Notes: a model not told the origin generated them from the sequence alone. DNA of 63,617 nucleotides, filler included, from Thraustochytrium aureum (GCA_012862495.1; 7 parts of 6 records of this genome joined end to end with filler, not necessarily neighbours in it); one strand, 5' to 3'; counted from the whole stretch's first letter, positions 1 through 12,812 are shown. A program made the numbers and translations.

Positions 1-1082
1 ACCTTGCATGGGACGGACATCCGTCTATCACCTTGCTTTGGCTGGCGAGGTTGGCTGGCTTGCCAACCTGAACCTGTGGCCAAGCAGCCTTCAAGCTTGA
101 AGGCGGCGGTCGGCCAAGGCGGTGGTCGGCAGGTTGAGCTCACGTCCGCGCGCGCGAGCTGCTGGCGCGGGCGAATCAAGCGAGGCGGCAAAAGTCCATC
201 CTTCGACTCGACGCGAATCCTCGTCGCCACCACCAGCCTTTTCGACTGCCTGCCGGCATGATTGCTACGCGAGCACTTGCATGGAGGAGTAGAGTAGAGT
301 AGCTGCAACACGCCGAGACGCGACAGCCTGCGGGTGGGCGCACTGGCGTTCCCGCCAGCCAACCGGGCGACGAAATCGGCTTACCAAACCGTCCTTGCAT
401 GCCACCGCCATCTTCTCTGTCGCCCGCGCCGAGCTGGCGGTCAATAGGGACGCGCGCGTAGCTCGAACTTCTTACGAAATGAAGAGGTCGGCGCGATTGT
501 CAGGTCCGCCTTGGGGCGCCGTGGGAGTTCGCACATCTGCGCCGCTCCCACGCGCTCCACGCTGTAGTACCCTAACCGAAAATCCAGAGCAAGTGGAATC
601 GCGTCGAGGTCGAATCTGGCACGATAAATCGGTAGGAGGTAGGAAGGACGCAAACGAGGAACTCGAATTCGCCAGGAGAAAGCAGGAGGTCGGGCAACGC
701 ACGCCGAGCGCCACTGCAACACCATCAATCGGTCTTCTCACCGGCAGCGGAAACACCCGCCAGTGCTCCCTCTCGCTGGAGGCGCGGGCAACCGAGTTTA
801 CTCATTCAATTTCAATCCTCCTTGGTTTACTCCATCACAAGAGCCTTGTCGTCGGTATCGTTATCGTTTGCCAACTCTGGCGCGCTGCCCTCGCGTGTAC
901 TGGGAGCACAATGACGGCACAAGGCCCCGATGCCTATCGCCAAGCTGGAAGATGACGGCCGGAGAAATGCCGCAAAGCGCCCACCGTACTCTCACGGCAT
1001 CCAAGGTCGGAGCTGTGCCCGTCAAGACCCAGCGCGGAAGGCTTGGCTTGGCGCCACGGACTCGGAGGAGCAGACACAGCGC

Positions 1083-1139
1083 GCCAGTGGCCGCGCTGCT
1101 CCTCTTGCCGCCAGCCAGTGGCCGCGCTGCTCCTCTTGC
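1083..1139. repeat. Tandem direct duplication (26-nt unit, 31-nt period)
   Basis: GCCAGTGGCCGCGCTGCTCCTCTTGC at 1083-1108 and 1114-1139. Confidence 0.85.
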
Positions 1140-2859
1140 GGCCACAAAGAATCGCTAGTCCGAAACCCGACGAGATCCCGGACCACTTGGAATTCTCTCA
1201 TCACTGCGTTCGGGCACGCCCAGCGCAAGTTCGTTTTGTACCCACTGCCAAGCCGGCCACGCGCGTGGCTCCCCGATGCGAAGAGGTTCGGTAGGGGACT
1301 TGATTACTTTATCGCCTACCGGTCGCTCTGCTCAGCAGAGTCGCTTCGTGGGTCGCCCGTCGCCGCCAATTGCGACTGCCCCGCACTCCCCTGCGCTTGT
1401 TCGCGCAGCGCAGCGCCGCCCTCGTCCGTGGACAGGCGCCTCCGAGTCCCTATCGCTAGATAGTAGGTAATGAACGGCCGTTCGCGACACGCTTTGGCCT
1501 TTCGCCTCACAGATGACGCACATCGGAACTCGGGCCATCAGAAGTGCTCATAACAGCAGCACTCCACTCTGAAGCAGCGCCAGCAGGCCAGACCTCCCGT
1601 CTCCGAACAGCCGCTGCGAGCAGACTGCCCGCTGCCAACCACCTCATCACCGTCGAGAGGGACACATTGCCCCCCCTCCCGCATTCAAGACTAATTCTTC
1701 CCACAACGCCTCCTCACGGGCGCGCGGAGGCGGAGAGGGAAGCCGCAGCCCACCGCGAGCCGCGGGCCTTGAGGAAGAACANNNNNNNNNNNNNNNNNNN
1801 NNNNNNNNNNNNNNNNNNNNNNNNNNNNNNNNNNNNNNNNNNNNNNNNNNNNNNNNNNNNNNNNNNNNNNNNNNNNNNNNNNNNNNNNNNNNNNNNNNNN
1901 NNNNNNNNNNNNNNNNNNNNNNNNNNNNNNNNNNNNNNNNNNNNNNNNNNNNNNNNNNNNNNNNNNNNNNNNNNNNNNNNNNNNNNNNNNNNNNNNNNNN
2001 NNNNNNNNNNNNNNNNNNNNNNNNNNNNNNNNNNNNNNNNNNNNNNNNNNNNNNNNNNNNNNNNNNNNNNNNNNNNNNNNNNNNNNNNNNNNNNNNNNNN
2101 NNNNNNNNNNNNNNNNNNNNNNNNNNNNNNNNNNNNNNNNNNNNNNNNNNNNNNNNNNNNNNNNNNNNNNNNNNNNNNNNNNNNNNNNNNNNNNNNNNNN
2201 CTTGAAAACCCGTGAGAAAAAGCCGTCTTCCTCCTGCGCAGCCTGCGCTCTTGAGCGGTCCATCTCCCTCCGCCTCTGTCCAGTCCCCTCACTCTTGAGC
2301 GGTCCACCTTCTCCCAAAGCCCGCCTCGCCCTGTGCATCCCTCGAGGGTCTGAGGAGGCGGACGGCAGTCAAGAGTCGCGCTGCTGCCGGCCAAAGCTGG
2401 ACCGCCCTTGACGCTGCGGGGAGGAGGAAGGGGGGAGGAGGAAGGAGAAGAGAGGCGCGCCGATGGTTGTTTGTTTCGATTGGTTTGTTTCTTTGTTTGG
2501 TGTCTGCTCCATTTCGTGTGCTTGCTGCTCTCGCTGCTTGACGAGGGCGCAGCAGAGCAGCAGAGCAGCAGAGCAGCAGCAGAGCAGCAGCTGCAGCAGC
2601 AGCAGAGCTCCAAACCGCGAGGCGTGCGGGCTGTGGCTTTCGCGTCCTGCGCGGCGGCTGCTGCAGTGGCGCGGCGCTGCAGACTGGACGCCAGGCGGGC
2701 GGTCAGGAACGAATCCAGGCTGTGACTGCCGACGCCCAGGAACGCGCCCGCTCGGACAAGGCGAAACTTGCGCGGCCGGCCGCCTGGCTGCTCGCTGGTC
2801 GTTCCGAGCGGCCTGCCGGCCGGGGTCTGTGCAACGGACCGCGCAGGCAGAGGCCCGGC

Positions 2860-4491
2860 ATGGGGAACCGGCTGTCTATGCGCGGTGGCGCGGCCGCGGC
2901 AGCGAGGGCAAGGGAGGAGAAGACCGCGGACCGCGTGACGCCTGAAGACGATGTTATGCTGTTCCACCCGCGGAAAAGGAGGCCAAGCGATCTGTCGATG
3001 CAGACGCTGCTCCAGGAGCCCGTGCTGTCTGGCGCGTTCAGGACTTTCATGATGGAGAAGTTCTGCGAGGAACTGGTCGTGCTGTGGGCAGACTTGTACA
3101 GCTACGAGCGCATTCCGTACGAGTCGCCCGCAAAGCTCGAGCGCGCGCAAGAGCTCTACCTTCGGTACTTTGACGAGCGGTCGCCGCTCACCCTGGCGCG
3201 AAGCGAGCACATCGACGCGGGCACCGTGCACAACCTGCGCCGCAACCTCCTCGTCGACGAGGAGGGCAAAGTGCAGCAGCGCAACCAGAGGATCCTCGCG
3301 AGCGCCTTCAAGTTTGTCTATGCCAAGGTGCTGACCGTGCTAAAGTTCGAATACATGCCGCAGTTCCTCGTCTCAGAGCGATTCTCGCGCCTGGACGAAA
3401 TGTCCACGTCGAGGCCTGCAGGCGCTCATGTCGTCGCCGATTCTCGCGCGCAGCGCGGCACTCTCCGAGACCAGCATGATATCCTCCTCGTCTTCATCCG
3501 ACGACCTCGCACCAGCAACCGAGGCCAGCGCTGAACCGTCAGGTAGCGCCGCACCACACGCGTGCGGCTCGCCCTCTGTGGATTCGACAGCAGCGTCTTC
3601 TGCGGCGTCGGGAGTGAACCTCGACGGCGACGAGGGCGCTGAAGCCGCCGCCGCCGCCGCGCCTTGGATCTAGTCCTGCCCGGATCGGACGAACTTGCAA
3701 GCGCCCCCAAACGCGCGCCAGCTGGCGGCGAGTCCCCGGCCGCGGCGCAGCCCTCGTCTCCACTTGGTTTCCAGGCCCGGAGCGCCGAGGAGGCGCGGCA
3801 ACTCAGCGTGCCGACGGTCCTCACCGACCCCTTCGTGTCGTCGTTCTTCCTCGAGTTTATCCACTCGGACGAGATCAGCAGCGCCGTCGACAAGCTCCTG
3901 GCTAGCGACGTGGACGCGTCCCCGACAGTGACTGCGAGGCGGTCCGTCTCCACGTCTTTCGCTTCCACCTGCAAGGCGCGCACCCGTAGCGGCAGCAGCT
4001 GCCCCGAAAGCTCCAGCAGCAGCGGCAGCGGCGGTGGCAGCAGCAACGCGTCCTCGGCACAGAGCCGCAGGCGACGCGGCATGCGCGCCATCGGACTGTC
4101 GAAATCCCTTCGGCGCCATGGCAGCGCCGCCTTTCGCAGTGTGCCCCGCCCCTCGTCGCTGCCTGTGGGCGTCGGCTTGCGCTCCAGCAAGAGTGCGAGC
4201 AACATCGCGGAACTCGCACGCAAGGCCGAACAAACCTCAGCCCAGGCCTTGTTCGGGGCGCTTTCGGTGCCAGAGCGGGTGGACAAGGCCCTTGCCTTGC
4301 GCAGCGCGCGCGACATGGTCGAGCTGTTCTTGGAGATCGAAGATTTCCGCAACGCCGAGTCCAACCCCAAACACCAGTTCGATCGCCTGCGTCGCATTTT
4401 TGTACAGTACGGCGGCGAGCGGCAGATCATCCAGCCCCCCATCGAGTTCCTCGAGCGCCACTTTGCGCACTTCGAAAAGAAGATTGCGCGC
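2860..4491 (+). CDS. Multi-RGS-domain protein (regulator of G-protein signalling); two frameshifts, 3' end in gap
   Basis: ATG 2860 gives MGNRLS. RGS-like box 1: LLQEPVLSGAFRTFMMEKFCEELVVLWADLYSY...AQELYLRYF...LKFEYMPQFLVSERF. The reading continues via the 3428 frame (Ser/Ala linker) and the 3664 frame, with RGS-like box 2: VLTDPFVSSFFLEF...VELFLEIEDFR...IFVQY. Confidence 0.75.
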
Positions 4492-5628
4492 NNNNNNNNN
4501 NNNNNNNNNNNNNNNNNNNNNNNNNNNNNNNNNNNNNNNNNNNNNNNNNNNNNNNNNNNNNNNNNNNNNNNNNNNNNNNNNNNNNNNNNNNNNNNNNNNN
4601 NNNNNNNNNNNNNNNNNNNNNNNNNNNNNNNNNNNNNNNNNNNNNNNNNNNNNNNNNNNNNNNNNNNNNNNNNNNNNNNNNNNNNNNNNNNNNNNNNNNN
4701 NNNNNNNNNNNNNNNNNNNNNNNNNNNNNNNNNNNNNNNNNNNNNNNNNNNNNNNNNNNNNNNNNNNNNNNNNNNNNNNNNNNNNNNNNNNNNNNNNNNN
4801 NNNNNNNNNNNNNNNNNNNNNNNNNNNNNNNNNNNNNNNNNNNNNNNNNNNNNNNNNNNNNNNNNNNNNNNNNNNNNNNNNNNNNNNNNNNNNNNNNNNN
4901 NNNNNNNNNNNNNNNNNNNNNNNNNNNNNNNNNNNNNNNNNNNNNNNNNNNNNNNNNNNNNNNNNNNNNNNNNNNNNNNNNNNNNNNNNNNNNNNNNNNN
5001 NNNNNNNNNNNNNNNNNNNNNNNNNNNNNNNNNNNNNNNNNNNNNNNNNNNNNNNNNNNNNNNNNNNNNNNNNNNNNNNNNNNNNNNNNNNNNNNNNNNN
5101 NNNNNNNNNNNNNNNNNNNNNNNNNNNNNNNNNNNNNNNNNNNNNNNNNNNNNNNNNNNNNNNNNNNNNNNNNNNNNNNNNNNNNNNNNNNNNNNNNNNN
5201 NNNNNNNNNNNNNNNNNNNNNNNNNNNNNNNNNNNNNNNNNNNNNNNNNNNNNNNNNNNNNNNNNNNNNNNNNNNNNNNNNNNNNNNNNNNNNNNNNNNN
5301 NNNNNNNNNNNNNNNNNNNNNNNNNNNNNNNNNNNNNNNNNNNNNNNNNNNNNNNNNNNNNNNNNNNNNNNNNNNNNNNNNNNNNNNNNACAGAGTATCC
5401 AGCCCCCTTGTACGTGCGTACTTGCGCGATGTCTTTCGCGCGCCCCAACGTCATTCGTCCCGCAACCCTCTCGCCTTTCAGCGAGCTAATGCCCGCGCGC
5501 AGCGCGGCCCGAGGCGCGCAATGGCGCCCGGCCGCGCCACTCGGCGGCGCTCCTGAAAGCGAGGGGTTGCAAGGGCGCCCTAGGGCCACTCCCAGCTCGG
5601 TTGTTGTGATCGAAACGATCTGCGCGGT

Positions 5629-5768
5629 CCGCCGCGCCCACTCCTGAAACGTCGCGCACAAGGCAGACTCGGGCTTGCGCGGGAAGCGCGCTGCTGTCGC
5701 CAGCAGCGCGCCCCAGTCCCGGCTACAAGCCTGTCGCCCGCTTGCGCGCGACTTGTGGGCGCGACGGC
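5629..5768 (-). promoter_or_regulatory. Long 3'UTR stem-loop directly after the TrxR stop codon
   Basis: Hand-paired helices on the minus strand: CCGUCGCGCCCAC/GUGGGCGCGGCGG; GUCGCGCGCAAG/CUUGUGCGCGAC; CGGGC/GUCUG; GGCUUGU/GCAAGCC; GGGA/UCCC; GCGCGCUGCUG-GCGA-CAGCAGCGCGC. Confidence 0.65.
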
Positions 5769-6766
5769 TTAGCCTCAGCATCCCGACTTGACGGCATCCT
5801 TGCCCGACGACTTGGCGATGGTCAGCAGGCAAAGCTCTTCGCCAATGGTGGGGTGGATCCCAACTAGCCCTTCGAGGTCAGCAAAGGTCATGCCGAGCTT
5901 GAGGGCGACGCCATAGGCCTGAATGATCTCGCCCGCCTCCGGCGAGCAGATGTGCATCCCCACAACGAGGTCGTTCTTGGACTTGTCCACAAGGACCTTG
6001 CAGTAGCAGAGGTTGTACTCGCGGTTCGCGGGCACGGTCCACTGCAAGGGCGTAAACTTGGTGTGGTACACGTCGAGGCTGTCGCCAAGCTGCTCGAGCG
6101 CGGCCTCCTCGCTCAGCCCGACACAGCCGTACTCGAGGCCTGCAAAGACGGCAGTGGGCACGCAGTTCATGTTGAGCGCGCGGGTCTCGTTCCCGTAGAG
6201 CCGCTGCGCAAGGTTGCGGCCCATCGCGATGGCAACGGGCGTGAGCTCGGGCACCCCAACGACGCAGTCGCCGATGCCAAACACCGACGGGACGCTGGTC
6301 TGGCCGTGGTCAGTGGCGAGCTTGCCACTGGCGTTGGTCTTGACGCCTGCCGCGCCGAGGTTGAGGCCGGCCGTGTCGGCGCCGCGCCCGATGGCAACCA
6401 AGACAGTGTCAAAGACGTCCTCGCCGCCGTCCCAGAACACCTTGAGGCGCCCATCGTCCATGCGCTCCAGCTTGCGCGGGATGGCGCCTCGGAGGAATTT
6501 CGTGCCCGCCTTGGCCATGCCCTCGGCGACGATCTCCGCCATCTGCTGGTCAAACCCGCGCAGGAAGATAGAGCGCACCATGACGGTCGTGTCGTAGCCA
6601 AACCCGGTCAAGAAGCTGGCGCACTCGAGCGCCACGTACGAGGCGCCCACGACGAGCGTCTTGCCCGGGGCCTTTTCCAGGTAGAACATGTCGTCCGAGG
6701 AGATGGCCAGCTCGCCGCCAGGGCACTCGAGCGGCTTGGGGCGGCCGCCGACGGCGATCAGGATGC
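5769..6766 (-). CDS. TXNRD: High-Mr thioredoxin reductase, selenoprotein (C-terminal G-C-U-G); 5' part in gap
   Basis: Motifs KTLVVGASYVALECA, VRSIFLRGFDQQMA, GDC...PELTPVAI, EYGCVGLSEE, GIHPT. The minus strand reads AAG TCG GGA TGC TGA GGC TAA, i.e. K-S-G-C-Sec-G-stop (TGA 5777-5775, TAA 5771-5769). Confidence 0.93.
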
Positions 6767-7746
6767 NNNNNNNNNNNNNNNNNNNNNNNNNNNNNNNNNN
6801 NNNNNNNNNNNNNNNNNNNNNNNNNNNNNNNNNNNNNNNNNNNNNNNNNNNNNNNNNNNNNNNNNNNNNNNNNNNNNNNNNNNNNNNNNNNNNNNNNNNN
6901 NNNNNNNNNNNNNNNNNNNNNNNNNNNNNNNNNNNNNNNNNNNNNNNNNNNNNNNNNNNNNNNNNNNNNNNNNNNNNNNNNNNNNNNNNNNNNNNNNNNN
7001 NNNNNNNNNNNNNNNNNNNNNNNNNNNNNNNNNNNNNNNNNNNNNNNNNNNNNNNNNNNNNNNNNNNNNNNNNNNNNNNNNNNNNNNNNNNNNNNNNNNN
7101 NNNNNNNNNNNNNNNNNNNNNNNNNNNNNNNNNNNNNNNNNNNNNNNNNNNNNNNNNNNNNNNNNNNNNNNNNNNNNNNNNNNNNNNNNNNNNNNNNNNN
7201 NNNNNNNNNNNNNNNNNNNNNNNNNNNNNNNNNNNNNNNNNNNNNNNNNNNNNNNNNNNNNNNNNNNNNNNNNNNNNNNNNNNNNNNNNNNNNNNNNNNN
7301 NNNNNNNNNNNNNNNNNNNNNNNNNNNNNNNNNNNNNNNNNNNNNNNNNNNNNNNNNNNNNNNNNNNNNNNNNNNNNNNNNNNNNNNNNNNNNNNNNNNN
7401 NNNNNNNNNNNNNNNNNNNNNNNNNNNNNNNNNNNNNNNNNNNNNNNNNNNNNNNNNNNNNNNNNNNNNNNNNNNNNNNNNNNNNNNNNNNNNNNNNNNN
7501 NNNNNNNNNNNNNNNNNNNNNNNNNNNNNNNNNNNNNNNNNNNNNNNNNNNNNNNNNNNNNNNNNNNNNNNNNNNNNNNNNNNNNNNNNNNNNNNNNNNN
7601 NNNNNNNNNNNNNNNNNNNNNNNNNNNNNNNNNNNNNNNNNNNNNNNNNNNNNNNNNNNNNNNNNNNNNNNNNNNNNNNNNNNNNNNNNNNNNNNNNNNN
7701 NNNNNNNNNNNNNNNNNNNNNNNNNNNNNNNNNNNNNNNNNNNNNN

Positions 7747-8898
7747 CTTTTTCTTCCCTTTCTTTCTGTTGCCGGTCTTGGCCTTGGCGGGGGCTGCGGC
7801 TGCGTCGGCCGATGGGCCCGCTGAAGCGTTGTTCGCCCGCCGGACCGGCACCGGCTGCTGCACAGGGGCTTGCGGGCTCCGGGCCGCGGTCGTTGCGTCG
7901 AGCGCGGCCGAGTCGCTCGCTTTGCCTTTCAAGACCTCCTCCCTCAGGACCTGGCATTGGTGGGCGATGTTGGTCATGCTCACCTCGCACCTGACCGTGT
8001 TGGCCAAGAGGTCCAGCACGTTGTCTTCGCTGTGCTCTTCGTAGTCAATGAACGTGTGGCACGCGTAAACCAGCGAGGCCAAAAGTAGCAGCGGGGTGAA
8101 CAGGTGGCGCAGAAACGCGAGGCGCTCATAGGTGGTCATGGAGGCAAATCCCGGCACCGAGTTGAGCAGGGCGTTGGAGCGGATGGAGGACATGTCGAGC
8201 GCGACCGAAGCGTCCAGGAAGAGGCAGAGCCCGATGGCCATGTAGCCCGTCGTGAAGGCGGGCCCGAACCGCGGCCGCATCGAGCAAATCAGAGAAAACG
8301 CCCAGGCCCAGAACAAGTAGTAGAGCAGCGCGCCCCTAGACGCCATCGCGATGTCGGCGAGCGTGCGGACGCGCGTTTCGGGGTCGCCGTAAATGTCGTA
8401 CAAGAGCCGCGCGTTCCCGTCGCGCAAGACCTTGTACACGGCGTCCTGCATTTCGGGCGATGCCCCGAGCTGCGGGTCGATGCCCCTGTCCAGCGCGCGC
8501 TTGATCTCCAACCCTACCGTTGGGAAGTCCAGCACGCGCGGAGCGAGCCCCACGAGCTCGAACAAGTTGAGCGGCTTGCTGACCAGCGAGCCGAGCATGT
8601 TGGCCGCGGACAGCGCGCCCATCAAGGCGAGCCACCTCACCATCCCGCCAACGCGCGACACCCACAGCGGCGCCCTGCGCCGCTGCTCCACAGTCTGGCG
8701 CGCAAGGCCGCCGATAAGCGGAAGATTTTCATCTAGCACTCGCAAGCTTTCGCTTCGCCTCGCCGCATCCTCGCTCTCCTCGCTGCTCTCCTCCTCGCGA
8801 GCCATCGCAAGCCAGTCCGCCGCGACGCCGCCGAACCACACGACGGCGACCTGCCCAACGAAGGCCGTCGAGCTCACGGGGCCGAGCAGGGCGTCCAT
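7747..8898 (-). CDS. Multi-pass membrane protein with degenerate J-like domain; stop in gap
   Basis: ATG 8898 (MDALLGPV...), several hydrophobic helices, segment NLFELVGL...EIKRAL...VYKVLRDGNARLLYDIYG, Lys-rich tail running into the gap. Confidence 0.65.
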
Positions 8899-9265
8899 TT
8901 CCCGCCTTGCACCAGCGGGCGCGCGACGCAGGGCCAAAAATCCCGANNNNNNNNNNNNNNNNNNNNNNNNNNNNNNNNNNNNNNNNNNNNNNNNNNNNNN
9001 NNNNNNNNNNNNNNNNNNNNNNNNNNNNNNNNNNNNNNNNNNNNNNNNNNNNNNNNNNNNNNNNNNNNNNNNNNNNNNNNNNNNNNNNNNNNNNNNNNNN
9101 NNNNNNNNNNNNNNNNNNNNNNNNNNNNNNNNNNNNNNNNNNNNNNNNNNNNNNNNNNNNNNNNNNNNNNNNNNNNNNNNNNNNNNNNNNNNNNNNNNNN
9201 NNNNNNNNNNNNNCGGGTCTGCCGCCACTTGCCAAGGCTGGACGTGCCGTGCTGGAGCCCGCCCA

Positions 9266-9519
9266 CGTCACGTAGCGGCCATGCGTGACGAGCCCCCTGA
9301 GCGAGGCGCAGCGCTTGCCGTCACGCGTCACGAGTCAACCACACGTGACGCGGCCCTGCGATTGCCGCATGACGTGGCGGGACCGCACAGCGTTACGTAA
9401 CAGATGAACGGTATGTGACGCGGTGGCGCGGATCCGGCCGCACGTGATCGGTCTCCCAACGTGACGCGGACCAATACTGATCGGACCAAATCCTACGAAA
9501 CAGAGCGCCCTACGTGACG
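9266..9519. promoter_or_regulatory. Cluster of CGTCAC/GTGACG (TGACG half-site) motifs in a divergent intergenic region
   Basis: Eight exact copies (9266, 9285, 9319, 9326, 9345, 9415, 9461, 9514), plus CACGTG at 9441 and CCAAT at 9471. Confidence 0.5.
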
Positions 9520-9740
9520 AGGGTGTGATTTCGTAAGGTGGGCTGAAGGCGATGGATCCTCTGGCCCGTGCCAGGGCCAGTCAGTTCGAAGAGGACACAC
9601 GCGACCTCGCAGAGCAGGCGGCAGTCGGAGGAGGCGCAGAGCCCAAACCAGCGAACAACGCGCCAGCTTTGCAGCATAGCAGCGGCGGCAGTTGCAGTTG
9701 CAGGTGCAGTTGTAGTTGTCGTGGTCGGGGCGGCGGCGCG

Positions 9741-11573
<1,833 letters not shown>

Positions 11574-11851
11574 TTGCCATGGCTGTCGTGCTTTGGATCG
11601 GCCGCTGTTGACACCCCTGTAAAGACATTGCCTTTTGTGTATTTTCTGCCGAGGCGCGCGTCGGCTGGCCCCACCGGCCTCGCCCTGCAATTGCGATTGA
11701 CTGTCAACTTGCCTTGCTTGCTGCTTCGGCAAGGCCTGCGTCGCGCCCCGGCCGGCTGGCTGTGTTTGCCGCGCGGCTGTCCATCGAACGCCAACAACCA
11801 CTGGCGCGGGACGGAAAAACACCAAGTAAAGGCGCAAAGTTCAGTCAATAC

Positions 11852-12812
11852 TTAGAACTTCATCAGGTGAGGGATCTGGCCCTTGGTGAGCGTGAAGCGG
11901 TTGCTGAGGTACTCCGCAAGCATGGGGACCTTGTTGACGGCCTCAATGAGCGCGGTGTCGACAGCCTTCTGGTCCTCCTTGCGCTTGGCGAGGTACTCGG
12001 GGTTGATCTTCTCCTGGGTGCTGAAAAAGCCCTCCTCGCCCTTCTTCGGGTTCTTGACGCGCTTGAAGTAGGCGTCGTTAATGTTCTCGGGGAGCTTGAC
12101 ACCGCTGATGTCGACGGTGGTCGAGGTGGCAATAACGTACGCCTGGTTGACACGGCGGAGCGGGACACCGTTGACCTTGTAGGGGCCTGAACACGAGCAA
12201 AGCAAATCGCGCGCTCGTCAGCCAGAGATCACGACAATAAACCAGACAGACCACCACCTCCCCAGGCAGACAACAAGACGAGCGCCAGGACAGGCGAGTC
12301 GCGCGGCAGGTGTCTCAGCTCTCATAATATGAATCACGAAGGAAACAAAGCTCCGCGCCCCGCCCGCGGCGAGAGCGACCGAGTCCCGAGGCGTCCCAAT
12401 CGCACGCTCGAGGCGCGCCAGGCGGCCAAGGGACAAGAGGTCATCCGGGCTCGATCGCGCGCAGGCCGGGGAGCAGGCCGCCCGTCATACCGCAGGTGTC
12501 GTCATCGAACACTGGTCTGCGCGCAGCAGCTCGTCCAGGCCTCCGCCACCGCCGCACGCACCCGCCCACCCACCCCACCGCCCACTTACCAGTCACGAGC
12601 AAGAGCCCCGAATCCAGCTGCTTGAGGAACACAACGCGGTAGCCCATGAACCGTCCGGACAGGATGATCAGCACCGTGCCCGGCTGGATCGACTTGCGCA
12701 GCTTGGTGGGCTTGAGCTTGCTCTTGCCCTTGTTGGACGAGATCTTGCGCGGCTTGTCCTCCGGCTCGACGTACTTGCCAGCAGACCAAGTCGACATCTT
12801 CTTGGACGGCAT
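11852..12812 (-). CDS. RPL6: 60S ribosomal protein L6 (eL6); exons 12812-12590 and 12186-11852
   Basis: [39 protein letters not shown] joined to [23 protein letters not shown]...PHLMKF. GTAAGT donor at 12589, TTCAG acceptor at 12187. The start codon is tentative. Confidence 0.93.
12187..12589 (-). other. Spliceosomal GT-AG intron of RPL6 (403 nt, phase 1)
   Basis: G|GTAAGT ... GCTGAC branch-like ... TGTTCAG|GC restores Gly-Pro-Tyr-Lys. Confidence 0.9.
12307..12514 (-). ncRNA. Candidate intronic box C/D snoRNA
   Basis: Terminal stem CAGUGUU/GACACCUG; box C-like AUGACGA (12505-12499); D'-like AUGA (12488-12485); C'-like GGAUGA (12446-12441); box D CUGA (12318-12315). Confidence 0.4.

Noticed and set aside
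1..1781. Many overlapping 60-220-aa ORFs
   Set aside because: Arg/Ala/Pro-rich GC-driven ORFs with no recognisable motifs; no frame stands out.
5400..5454. AUGAC...AAA as the canonical SECIS of TrxR
   Set aside because: No convincing complementary 3' strand with the GA quartet in the available sequence; kept only as a note in the findings.
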